A DNA stretch of 64,000 bases from Pseudogymnoascus verrucosus (taxonomy: Eukaryota): assembly GCA_001662655.1 (NCBI GenBank), contig KV460228.1, one strand, 5' to 3'. Positions 48,977 through 61,556 of this stretch are shown here, in pieces. The notes under the pieces are model-generated. The model ran no database searches. It was given only the letters and a program-made list of their open reading frames with translations, and was not told the origin of the DNA. Made by a program: the position numbers and the translations under genes. Numbering within the stretch: the stretch's first letter is position 1; each line of letters opens with the position of its first letter.

Positions 48977-51799
48977 AGCCTGTTTGATGGTTGAGAGAGC
49001 TCTTGATGTGTTTGTTCAGGGTTTATATGCTTTCCTTTGTTCATCAGTTTTCTTTTGTCGTTTTTTTCTTCTCTTTTGTTTATGGGTTATGGGGGTCGGA
49101 GGAATGGGGTTTGTGTTGATTGATGATGAGATGTGGGGTTGTGCTGGTTGTGCTGGTTGTGCTGGTTGGGTATACCCGTTGTTGGGGGTCTAGGGGATAG
49201 TGCAAAATGGGAGGTATATGATGGGGTATGGGTATGGAGGTAGAGGGGTAATTGAGTGGTATAACTTTATTGTGATTCTAGACTGTGATTCTGCAAGGTT
49301 GTATGTGTGTGAAGTGTTATGTGAAATGCGTGTTTGGCTTACGATTTAGCAAGGATTGAGAGGCTAGATGTTTTTACTAGGTGTACTCGCGGTTATCACA
49401 TCGCACCTAGGGAGTTCGCGGCAGTTAGACAGCTCCCACCCCGCATACCCCCCTCCACTCCCGCAGATCAGATAGCGGGGTCCAGTCTCGATCAACCACC
49501 CCTGGCAGATCATTTGCATAGAATCCTCGGTCATCAATGCGCACCTACGATTATATAAAGTATTATCCAAAACACCCAGTTCCCGCGCTATCTACTCAGT
49601 GTCCGTAGAACTACTGAACGAGTTCCAACCCAAGGCGGACGAATTTGATGAGTCCCAGAGATAGGGAGAAGGTGATTAGTTACTGCTGTGGAAGATTGCT
49701 GGGGGCCCACTGTCGTCACCGTTGGTAGATTGATTCTCACCGCTGGGTTCTCACCACCGCCGCACCGCTCTCACCACCACAACCATCCCCAACGACCCGT
49801 GGAACGCCCTCACCTCTCCCGCCACAGGCGCAGTCATGACAAAGGACGAAGAATTATTCCAATCATCTGGGTCAACCATAGCGGGAGAGGAGTTCCATTC
49901 GCTCTGCAGTCTTAGAGACGCTGGTGAAGTTCGCCATTGCGTCCCCTAGCTCCCCTCCCGCGGATCGGATAGCAGGCGGGTCCATTGGAGGGAGGTGGGA
50001 GGGAATATTGTGGCGTATATACCATTCTCGGTCTTCACTGAAAGCATCATCGCAACTGCATCCAACGATACGAATCCTCCATCCCCTTTTCCCCTAGGTA
50101 CCAGTGTTCTTAGTTCCAGCTCCCTTACCCTGTATATATGGGCGGACCTGCTGAATCAGAGTCCAAACTGAGTTTGTAAATATATAAAATGCCATTCCAC
50201 GATCGCAAGAATGGCATCTGGTAAAGTCCAACAGGGCTTTATTGAAATATGGCTCAGACAGGTTGCTGGCGCGAGAATGGAGGTTGAAAGGGGGGGGGGG
50301 GGTGCTGTCACCAGGGGTTCTTCCTTTCGCTATCATTCCTGTTACTATTCCGCTCTCACCACCGGCCGTCCCTTCTTCTCACTGCTCCCGCTATCATTGC
50401 GTCCCTCACCACACCACCCCCCCCCCCCAACCCTCCCACCAGCACAACCCGTCCTCAACGACCCGGGCGATTCTGTTCGTTGTCGATACTATTCCCCTTG
50501 CAAATAAAATCCTTCGTTTTTTCATCATTGTGATTAGCTCATGCACACATGCAGGTGTATATGGGCTGCTGCTGGGGCTGTTGCTGGGGCTGGCTGGGAG
50601 GGGTGGCGGGGAGGGGGAGGGGGAGGGGTATTTTGCGTATGTTGGTGGATAGGGTGTGTTTGGATGGGAGAAATAGAAAGGGGGGGAGGGGGGGAAGTTG
50701 AAGAGCTCCCTCCTGTAGATCAAATAGCGGGGTCTATCAACCAGTTGCGTAGAGAGCGTTCTCAGTTCTCACCCAAGGCATGCATGCATCATCGCGGCTA
50801 CAAATGGTGATGATATACCAGATATCCAAAGCGCTCAACTCTGGCCTACGGAAGGGAATTCCAGAAAGCTCTTGAGTTGACAAACGTGGAGGGCGAGCGG
50901 GTGCGGGTTCGAGAGAGGATCACGTTCTTCGAGCAGCGCATCGCGTTCTTCGAGCAGCTCATCGCATCTCGACACGATCGACACAAACGATGCTAACCGA
51001 AATGTGCATCATCGATGCTCCTGTCTGTTGCTGTCGTGCTGTCATGCTGTCATGCTGCTGTTGTCACCGCTAGATTCTTCCCACCACTATCATCTTCTCA
51101 CCATCATGCTACTCTCACCAACAAGACATGCATGGGCTCCTTGGCGACAAGGTTCATCTCTTTGAACTGAGCGGCTGGCGTTAGCGTTCCGATTCCCAAA
51201 ATGTCAGGGTTTCCGGCCATCGTGGCATAGAGATGTGCTTAGAGTATTGTTATCGTTCTCTGATGCGGTCTGGAGTCCAGGTACTAGGTCAGATCGGGAC
51301 AGGCCTCTCATGTGTGGCCTTGGTGGTATTGCCATTGCTGGTGAGAGTAGGGTGGGATGGGGTATTGGGGAGGTGCGGGGGGTATGTTTGCATCTCCTCG
51401 TTTTTCGTCGGGGGTTGGCTTGGGGAATAGCTTGGGGCCCCCCGGGGGGGGGAGGGTGTTATGTACGGTTTTTGTGAGATACATTGGTGGTGTATGTCTG
51501 GATGGTACGGGTATATATAGATGGATTTGAGGTCGCCAGAGGGCGCTGGGGACGGCAAGGTACGGCGTAAGGGGTAAGTTGGGGTATAGTCAACTAGCTG
51601 TCCGTTGGTTGTGTCAAGCGCATCCTTTGCCGCCTCAGATGCAGGCCCTATGACGATAATAAACCTTTGGAGTGCTGTGGTGGAGCGGACGCTGTGATCG
51701 TTGGAGAGGGGGGTTATGCTCCCTGCGTGTTGGGAGAAAGTACCTAGCGAATGAGGGGTGGTCTGCACCATTGTGTAGAGATGAGGGTAGTTGTGTGTG

Positions 51800-52260
51800 A
51801 TGCAAGTACTTACTGTTTTCATAAGATCTAGATGGATATATTCGAGACTGGTTTTAGATAAATTAGCATGAATATCAATCAAACCTTAAAAAGGTAACGA
51901 ACTTATTTGATCTAACTTATGATACAAGCTTCTACGTAATTATTAAAATGATAAAATAAAACAAAAAACTCCTACTATAAAAACTATAAAAACTACTCTT
52001 CCTTAAAATGAAATTACTCTTCCTAAAAATAAAACCACTTAATACCTATGCTTATAGCTATGCTTATAAAACGTAGAGATAAGTCTTCCCTAGTTGGTAG
52101 CTATAATAACTAAAGTACCTTTTATTATTTTCATTTCTAACTATTTATTAGAGAGAAATTAAATAGATAACATTTCACGTTATATCATATAACTACCTTC
52201 CTTATACCACTTAAAAGGATCACATTTTTAATAGAAAAAATAGTATATATATATATATTG
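51800..52260. other. AT-rich, TpA-rich tract; probable RIP-degraded repeat relic
   Basis: Abrupt drop in GC, many TA dinucleotides and stop codons, short internal duplications (ACTATAAAA, CTATGCTTATA). Confidence 0.5.
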
Positions 52261-52612
52261 GTATTTCAACTCCTACGAGCCAGTCCTCTAGAATCAAAGG
52301 AAGGGGACCAACTGATAACGATATGTCGTCACTTTGTACACCACCACCACGTTGGCGGGTTATTCCGCAAATCCCAATGGAACTATAGCGCAGATCCCTT
52401 CCCCGCAATCTACTCCGCGCCGCGAATCTAGATTTGTTGTTGATCCCAGACAAAAGTCCAATTGCAATCCCCACTCCCATCCAATGTATTCCTAGGCGCG
52501 CGGAGTTAGATCATCATGTTCGCGGTGTATTGATTGAGTCCAGCAAACCACCCCCAGCGCGCGCACTCGGCCAGAAGGAGGAGAGATCGACACAGGGCCA
52601 CCTCATCCCAGC

Positions 52613-54683
52613 ATGAGTAGCCCCGACGACCCCATAGGGTTGCCTACGCCTACATCCAATGAAATCTCGCGAAAACACAATCGGCCTGATGATGATGAGC
52701 ATCCGCAAAAGGTTCAGCGAAGGCGCATAGCCTGCCAGAGGTGTCGGGGGAGGAAGGTGAAGTGCGATAATGTGCGGCCTAGTTGCGGGTCTTGTGTTGA
52801 GTCGGGGAGGCAGTGTGTTTATATTGATGGTGGGAGGGAGAAGTCACCGTGTGTAACCTGCTACTTTATTTTCATATCGATATACTGACGACGTATAGGG
52901 AGGCGTCTATTCCGGCACAGCTTATGAGCCGGCTGGATCAGATATTGGCGGGGGTACAGGGTATAACCGCATCACTTCGTCCTCAAGGTATGTGTTATTA
53001 AAAAGCCCGCGCTATGTTGAATTGCTGCTAACTAAATATACAGACTCTATCCATGAGCATCGGGTACAAGATCCAGTTTCCGGATCCCCAAGGCACTCCG
53101 ATATTTCCGGCATGACGCCGAGCTTCCAGCATCCAGCCACGATAGATGATGCTCAAAAGGACTATCTCAGGATCCCCAGCACCAATACAACTGCCGATAC
53201 CATTTTGACATGGCCTATTTATGCCGGCGAATACCCCCCAGGGTATCTCATCGAGGCAATCCTTGGAAAAGGCGAGGATGACAAGAGTGACGCATTTGTT
53301 GTCCGACATGGCGAATTCGAGTCATTGTCAGATGAGAGGATACCCTCTTTAATAGACAGGTTCCTGCGCAATGTGCACACGAAGAATCCGATTCTCGACG
53401 TTGATGCTTTAATTCAATATGGACAGACGGCGGCTGCGAATGGGCCGGGGTGGGATGCACAGTCATGCCTGGTGCTCCTAGCTTGTGCCCTGGGTTCAAT
53501 CTCATATTCTTTCGAGACGTCCATTGCAAATCAGACGGAAATGGGCTTAGCCGGGCCACCACCCACGTCTGCTTCGACTTACAAAAAAGAGCTCCGACAG
53601 GGTGAGTCGTGCTATGCTTTGGCTTGTCGGAGGTTGGGTTTGTTGAAACATACCATTCTTGGGGCGCAGTGTTATTTTTACTCTGCTGTATATCTCATGT
53701 ACACTTTTGCTCCTTTGCAAGCTTGGAATCACTTTTGTCAGGCATCGACTTTCTACCAGCTCAGTTTCAGGAAGATATCCAAGGTGTCTGAGAACCCCCG
53801 TCTAGACGGACTGAGTCTGACGCATCGGAGACTGGAGCAGAGTCTCTACTGGTCTTGCTTCAAGTCGGAGTGTGAGATTCGAGTCGAACTACCGTTACCA
53901 CAATCGGGGATAGCGAGTATAGAGTACCCTCACCTGTTCCCTTCGCCCCCATCTCATTCGAGGAATTCCTCGGGAAGGACACTGCACGGCAGCGAGATGC
54001 TGTCAGACCCTGGCTTGATGCAAGATAGCGATAAAGACCTGAACGAGGAGAGAAGCTGGTATTACTATCTTACCGAAGTCGCATTGAGGAGGATCAGCAA
54101 CAGGATATTAAGCACATTTTATCGCCAGGACCACACGGATTGGAAGAATATATTGCCATTGATCCCCATCGCCAAAGAATTCGAGTCGCAGATTCTGGTC
54201 TGGTCGGCTAATCTTCCACCGGCAATGCAATACGATGTCAACTTGACAGAGGAAGGTCCTTCCAGGGAACTAAGCTGGGCAACAGGGAACCGATTACTGG
54301 AAATGAGATCTTGGCTCTATCAGCCATTTCTCTACCATGCCATACACGCTGATACCCAAACGGATCACGTTCGAGAGAATCCAGTCCTACAGTCACTGGT
54401 CGAGGCGGCGATGGACTGTCACCTCGAGACAGTCCAGAAGCGGTGTTTCAGACATCGACACCACGGGATTTGGTTTGATATCCGCGCCGTCGTAACGGCG
54501 GCTTTTAGCGTCATTGCGGCGGCTAAGAGCGGCAAGGTGACTGTTCGGGAGGAGTGGGCAGAGCATATTCCGACTGTCATAGGGACGTTGGCATTTTGGG
54601 AGGATGAGTCCCCAGATCTAGTGAGGACGCGACAGGTTCTGGAGAGGTTGTTTATGGAAGTTGGGTATTTCAATACGCCGTAA
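52613..54683 (+). CDS. Zn(II)2Cys6 transcription factor with fungal-specific middle domain
   Basis: CQRCRGRKVKCDNVRPSCGSCVESGRQC; introns 52849-52898 and 52988-53043 keep frame; FLRNVHTKNPILD, LYWSCFKSECE, SWYYYLTEVALRRI. Confidence 0.93.
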
Positions 54684-54795
54684 AGGAGAAGATTGATTGA
54701 ATAAACATATTGTCTATTATTAGAAGTTTACACGATCTACGATCTATGATCTAAGATCTACTAACACATAAGGCATACACCGTTTCCTGGAGTAC

Positions 54796-56687
54796 TCAAG
54801 CACTATCCGATCCGACACCCTTCTCGCCACCATCAAGAACCGCGGAGTCCGACTTGGGCACGTGAGCCGCCGTCGACAAACCACCCTCATCCATGAGCTT
54901 CTTGAAGTTCTTCTCCGCGTCCCAGTTCCACGGGGAGTCGGCAGAGAAGAGGAGATCCATCTGCTCGAGCGTGCGCTGGTTGGACTCGGGGTAGAGGGCC
55001 CAAACCATAGGCAAAGTAATAGCGTTTGCGATACCGAAGATGTACAGGGTCTTCTCTCCGATGGCCTCGAACATGACGGGGCATAGGAGGGTCAGCCATC
55101 CGTTACCGATGGACCATCCAACAACACCGAGTGCGTTACCCTTGGCGCGGATGGCAAGGGGGAAGATCTCAGCGGGGTAGAGCCAAGGGACGGTCAACCA
55201 GGTAGCACCAAAAGTCGAGGTGAATATGAACACCATACTAGCTCCTGCGGCGCCGAAAGCCGATGCTCTGCCAGTGTTGCCTGCGGTGGCAGCTTCGAGA
55301 CCGATGGCGGAGAATCCGCCGGCGAGTAACATGGCAATACCTTGGACAATGGAACCCCAGTAGAGGGTCTTGCGGCGGCCGATGCGGTCGAGGGTGAAGA
55401 CACAGACGAGAGTTGCAAACTAGACTGATGTTAGAGATATTGAGGGGCGTTTATCAGCGCGGAGTTGACATACCATGTAGAAGATATTGTTGAGACCCGA
55501 AATCCACTGACTCTTGCGAGCATCAAAACCGGCCATACGGAAGATGGTTGGGGCATCTTTGGAACTTGTTAGTGCGGCTCTTTGTATGATGGGGATTTTT
55601 AAATAGGATACTCACAAACTGTAACACCAGCAATACCAACCCACTCCTGCATAATCTGCAGCCAAATAACCAACTGAACACGGCGTCCAACGTGCAACTT
55701 TCCAAACCCACGGCCAGTGACGATGTTGAAGTAGCTGTCCGACGTAGTCTTCTTATTGTTGAGCTCGATAGCCATGGAGTTGCGAATATCCTGGAACTCG
55801 GCCTCGGCCCTGATAGTATCCTCCTCGCTGTTACCACGGAGACGGCCCAGGAGCCAGCGCGCCTCATCCTCACGACCCATCTTGACGAGCCATCTCGGGG
55901 ACTCGGGGAAGAACCAGCAGGCTCCTAGGAGGATGAGGAGGGGGAGGATCTGGAAGGCGATGGGGAAGCGCCAGATGATTGCTGCGTTGCCGTTGTCGAT
56001 GAAGGAGAGGCCGCTGGGGTGGGGTTAGTGGGTGTGCACGGAAATGGTATATGGGGTTGGGGGGCTTACAATTCGAGCCAGTATGCTACGACGACACCGA
56101 AGATGTTGAGGGTGAACTCAATGGCGATGAACTGTCCACGGCTGGTGTGCTCGGCGGTCTCAGTTGCCCAGACGGGGACGATGGCGTTCAGGATACCGGT
56201 TCCGACACCGTTAATCAGACGAGCTGTTATGAGAATTAGTGTAGCTCTTAGAGGGCAGAACGTAGGGGTAAGATGGGGGGTTAGGCATACCGAAAATCAT
56301 CCAGGTGTGGTTCTGGGCCGAACACTGCAGGGCGGCGCCAAAGATGGCCCAGGTGGCTCCAAATGCAATAGTCTTGATTCTGCCAACCTTGTCTCCGGTC
56401 CAGCCTCCCAGGAGGGCGCCGACCAGCGTGCCAAGGTAGTAGACCGCGACGATGCCGCCTTGGAGCAAGCCGTTTGTGACGACGGGGGTGTTCTGTCCGT
56501 TGATGACTTCAGTGTAGCCGAAGCCCATGGTGTCGATGTAGTCCTTGGAGTTGTTCACTCCGCCCATCATACCTTGGTCATAACCAAAGAAGAAGATGGA
56601 CAGGGCGGCAAGACAGTTGATGGCGATCAGGAGCTTGCCCTTCTCGAAGGAATGGGCAATATTCCATTTCTCTATTTGGTGGCCCAT
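54796..56687 (-). CDS. MFS sugar-porter family transporter (polyol/H+ symporter-like); 4 introns
   Basis: FFFGYDQGMMGG, GDKVGRIK, VPVWATE, FPESPRWL, QIMQEWVGI, DRIGRRK, WLYPAEIFPLAIRAKG, YPES. Confidence 0.94.
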
Positions 56688-56829
56688 GGCTGCGGGCTCT
56701 GGAGGGAGGAGGCGAGAGGTGAGAAATCAATTGAGTAGGAGGCGAAGAGAGGAATCCATTGACTGGCAATGACAATAAGATTTTATTTTCGAAGGGATGT
56801 GAAGTGGCTAATATAGTAAATGGAAAATA

Positions 56830-57050
56830 CCCCACGACTCCGCATTATGGAATACCCCAACCTGCGGGGGAGACAATGTGGGGATTTTTTGTCAGAGCGG
56901 CCCTGGGGATTGGGGTATTTGGTCGGACTTTCCCCGAGGACTCCCCGATACTAGTGCCGAAGGGACTGCCGGACCAATGGGCTCGTTTGTTGCCACCCAA
57001 GATCTCTCGGCGATCGGAGGTGGACTCCGAACTCCCCGATACGCGGCAGT
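56830..57050. promoter_or_regulatory. Divergent transporter/dehydrogenase promoter with five CreA-type SYGGRG sites and a duplicated 12-mer
   Basis: SYGGRG (either strand) at 56830, 56838, 56864, 56878, 56903; ACTCCCCGATAC at 56940 and 57031. Confidence 0.6.
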
Positions 57051-57195
57051 GCCGCCGCGTAAGTACGAGTTATAACATTTGTGGAAGAAAGTAAAGTGGT
57101 CCGTCCAGAGAGGATTATTGTATTTAACAGCTATGGTTCTTGGTTTTCAATCTTATTTTTTTTGTTATTTTATTTATTAAAGCAAAATAATCATA

Positions 57196-58378
57196 ATGGC
57201 ATCAAACGGAACAATTGAAGGCAGCGTTGAGAGGCATGGTGGCCTTGAGAAACTCGGTGCAAACGTAAGTTAATAGCACCTACGATTATCACCTCTGTCT
57301 AACAGATATTTAGAATCCGTCTTTTGTCCTCCAAAAGATTCAACATGTGGTCTTTGAGAACAGACCAGTACCGACGATTTCTCCAGAATCGAGCGATGTG
57401 ATCATTCAAATCAAGCAAACGGGTATCTGTGGCAGTGATGTTCATTATTACAATCACGGGTCTATTGGCAAGTTTATCGTTAAAGCCCCTATGGTGCTCG
57501 GCCACGAGTCTTCTGGTGTTGTCGTTGCTGCGGGATCTGGCTGCCAAACCCTCTCGGTCGGCGATGCCGTCGCACTGGAGCCCGGTGTACCATGCCGCAA
57601 ATGCCCTCCTTGCAAGGAGGGATTATACAACGTATGCAGCGAAATGGCATTCGCAGCCACACCTCCATTTGACGGAACTCTCTGCAAGTATTACACGCTC
57701 CCAGAGGACTACTGCTACAAGCTTCCAAAGCACGTGTCTTTTGAAGAAGGCGCGTTAGTCGAGCCGCTAGGTGTTGCGATTCACATTTCTCGCCAAGCCA
57801 AGATTATTCCAGGGAACAGCGTCGTGGTGTTCGGGGCTGGTCCTATCGGACTTCTGTGCTGTGCTGTCGCGAGGACGTTTGGTGCGACTACTATTGTCGC
57901 GGTTGATATTTTGCAATCGCGGCTCGACTTGGCTAAGAAAACTTTCGGCGCAACTCATACGGTTGTGGCTGGGGCCGCACCGAGCAAAGAGAACGCTGCG
58001 CGGATAATCAAGGAGGCCAACCTGGGAACCGGCGCCGACGTGGCTATCGATGCAAGTGGTGCTGAGCCTAGCATTCAAACGGGCATTCACGTGCTGCGAT
58101 CTGGTGGCACTTATGTCCAAGGAGGAAATGGGAAATACGACATCAACTTCCCTATCGGCGCCATTACCGAGAAGGAATTGACGGTCAAGGGCAGCTTCCG
58201 GTATGGAAGCGGTGATTACAAGTTGGCGATCTCTATGCTGGAAAATAGACAGGTTGACTTGAAGAGTCTCATTACAGCACGGTATAAGTTCGAGGATGCG
58301 GAGCAGGCGTTTAAAGACGTGGATTCTAGGAAGCCTGGATTGATAAAGGTTCTCATCGGAGGCGTGCAAGATGAATAG
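57196..58378 (+). CDS. Zn-dependent NAD+ polyol dehydrogenase, xylitol/sorbitol dehydrogenase type
   Basis: GICGSDVHY, GHESSG, CRKCPPCKEGLYNVC, FAATPPFDG, GAGPIG, GSFRY; intron 57265-57313. Confidence 0.95.
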
Positions 58379-58389
58379 ACATAGCGCTA

Positions 58390-58678
58390 CTACACCTACA
58401 TGTTGATAGATAGTTCTCGGATGAGCGGAGTATAGATGCTGGTAATCACAATGATGTTCAAAATTATAAAACTCCCACAAGTCAAACTGTTAGCGTGAGG
58501 CGTCAGAAGTAAGTTGCATATTCATAGGGTTCTAGCTACACCTACATGTTGATAGTTCTCGGATGAGCGGAGTACAGTTGCTGGCAATCACAACGATGTT
58601 CAAAATTATAAAACTCCCACAAGTCAAACTGTTAGCGTGAGGCGTTAGAAGTGAACTGCACAATCACAGGATTCTAGC
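58390..58678. repeat. Direct tandem duplication, two copies, 146-bp period
   Basis: Copies begin CTACACCTACATGTTGATAG at 58390 and 58536 and align end to end. Confidence 0.95.
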
Positions 58679-59336
58679 TCTTGGCTGGTCTTGCAATCGT
58701 CCGTCATATCCTCATCTCATTATGATCGGCTGGCGTAGCCGCCAGCAAGCATCTGGGTCGGCAGAGTTCCGACGCCCAGGCGGCCTACCAAGACTGAAAA
58801 TCAAGTAAAAACGTGAGAAACGACTCGTAAAATTTCTTGGCCTAGCTCACCCGAACCCCAGTTGGAGAAATAAATGGTCTCCACTAAAAGTTGGTGGAAG
58901 CGCTAGTGAACCCCAAAAAACGGAACAAGAAGCGGTATCGGGCTCGAGGCCGAAACTCGCCGTGTGGCTTTATTGACTCGGGGGCCCCGGATTTAATTAT
59001 CACCACGTGAAGAGTCAGGACTTTCGACCCGCTTGCATGTCACATTTCAAAGGTGCCTGTCCCATCGATTGCGGCTCTCGCTCCTTTCTCCCCGAGCGAA
59101 CCTCGAGACGAGGACTGTCTTAGATCTTGTGGAGAAAGTGTTACTCGTGAGTGCGTGCATATCTGTACTAACCAAATCCGAAGACAACCAGACTTCTAGT
59201 CCATACATCGTAGACGACGTGGTTTTTTTAATTACGGGCTCTTATAAAGACGCGTCTCTTCCTCACTCACTCTTTTCTTCATCTACGCAAGTCCTGAGCT
59301 GTGGAAGCCAATTAATCTTAAATCCCCGAGCTCACA

Positions 59337-61139
59337 ATGCCTACAATCGAAGCTGAACATTATATTGGCGTCGACATTGGGACTGGGAGCGCCCGAGTCT
59401 GCATCGTCGACCGCACAGGCGATATTAAAGCGGTCGCATCGAAGGACATTCGCACGTGGCAGCCACAAAATACTTTTTATGTAGGCCTGCTTCAACAAAA
59501 CTCAAACCAAAGAGAAACTTGCTAAGATGTGCAGGAACAATCTACATCTGACATTTGGAGCTCTATCTCGACTTGTGTTAAACAGGCCTTGAAAGAGAGC
59601 AATGTCGACCCCACCACAGTCCGCGGCATAGGGTTCTGTGCTACCTGCTCACTTGCAGTCTTTTCTGAGGACACAAGTAAGCCCGTATCTGTCAGTGGCC
59701 CTGACTTCAGTAAAGCCGACCAGAACGTCATTCTGTGGCTGGACCACAGGGCTGTCGAAGAGGCAAAGGTCATAAATGCGACCCACGATAATGTTCTAAA
59801 GTATGTTGGCGGCCAAATGAGCGTTGAGATGGAAATCCCAAAGATCTTATGGTTAAAGAATCATATGCCTGCTGATGTTTTCGCGGGCTGCAAATTTTAC
59901 GATTTGACAGATGCCTTGACCCACATGGCTACCGGGAAAGACACGAGGAGCTATTGCAGTACAGTATGCAAGCAAGGTTACCTTCCAAGTGGAGCAGATA
60001 CTGGTGAGACTGGATGGCGCGACGATTTCTTTGGCGCCATTGGATTAGGATGCTTGAAAGACAAGAAGTATGCCCCTCTTGGGGGTATTGAGGGGCAGAA
60101 CGGCCGATACCTGAGCGCTGGCGAGCTGGTAGGAAGTCTTTCTGAAAGCGCTGCAAAAGATATGGGATTACCTGCCGGAATCGCTGTTGGAAGCGGCGTC
60201 ATTGATGCTTACGCTGGCTGGATCGGAACTGTTGGCGCCAAACATGAGCCCGCTCAAGCTACCAAAGGTGACATTTCGGATGCATTCGGCCGGCTGGCTC
60301 TTGTGGGCGGCACGTCGACTTGCCATCTCGTAATGTCTAAAGATCCGATATTTGTGAACGGAGTCTGGGGACCATATCTTGACGTATTGGTACCGGGCAT
60401 GTGGATGGCCGAGGGTGGACAATCGGCAACTGGCGAGCTTCTACGCTTTATAATCGAGAACCACCCAGCTTATAAGGAGGCAATCAGCTTAGCAAAGCAG
60501 GACGGAAAAGATAAAAGCATCTACGAATTCTTGAATGGCCATCTAGAAGAGATGACTCGGAAAGCTGGCGCACCATCCGTTTCATATGTCGGCCGACATT
60601 TCTTTTTCTACGGCGACTTCTTCGGCAACCGCTCCCCACTTGCGGATGTGACCATGGCTGGTTCCATTATTGGTCTCACTACCGACCAGAGTGTGGATAA
60701 CCTGGCCCTACATTACTACGGCGCGATGGAGTTCATTGCTCTGCAGACCCGACACATCGTCGACGCAATGAACACCTCGGGACATTCAATCGGCTCGCTG
60801 TATATGTCGGGCTCGCAATGTAAGAACTCTATTCTGATGTTATTAATAGCCACAATCTGCGGACTGCCTGTGGTGATTCCTGAGTATGCAGGAGCAGCGG
60901 TCGTCCACGGCGCAGCTATGCTAGGCGCGAAAGCCGCATCTGCCAATGCCAGCGGCAATACTGAAGACTTGTGGTCCATAATGGAAAGGATGAGCAAGCC
61001 CGGAAAATTAATCCAGCCTGGCACGGATGCTGTAGAGAAGTCTCTCTTTGAGATCAAGTATGAGGTCTTCTTAGATCAAGCCAAGATGCAGCAGCTGTAC
61101 CGACGGAAAGTAGACGAGGCTATTGGCAGCTGGAAATGA
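59337..61139 (+). CDS. FGGY-family pentulose kinase (D-ribulokinase-like)
   Basis: YIGVDIGTGSARVC, ATCSLAV, NVILWLDHRA, YVGGQMSVEMEIPKILWLK, GSGVIDAYAGW, GGTSTCH, AEGGQSATG, DFFGNRSPLAD; intron 59481-59534. Confidence 0.95.
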
Positions 61140-61556
61140 TGATGTAAATCTCAGAGTCCGTTAGTTATCACGATTACAACGACAGTAGTCATAATCAAAA
61201 TCATTATCACATATCACATCCATGAAACTAACCCCAATCCAAAATGTAACAGACAGAACACTTCTTCGTTTTATTTCGTTGATCATAATAGTCATCATCC
61301 ATCCCCCACAAGCCCCTCTCTCTCATAAAGAGACCAGGTGAAATCATTACACAACCCATCCTTCTCCCTCTCCACCAAAATTGAAAATAGAAAAAAAAAA
61401 ACAGACAAGAGAGAAGAGAAGAAAACAAGAAAGAAGAGAAGCCAGTAACCCAAACAACAGAACGCCCCAATAGCCCCCTTCCGATCCCATATGCACGACA
61501 GACTCCAAAATAAGTAATACCCATGACAAAAACCAAAAAAAAAAAAAGGCAATCCC

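Noticed and set aside
51289..51882. 197-aa minus-strand ORF before the AT-rich tract
   Set aside because: Non-ATG start and no motifs; cannot support a gene call.
58390..58678. CRISPR-like or LTR interpretation of the direct repeat
   Set aside because: Only two abutting copies with no spacers, no TG...CA termini and no element between them.
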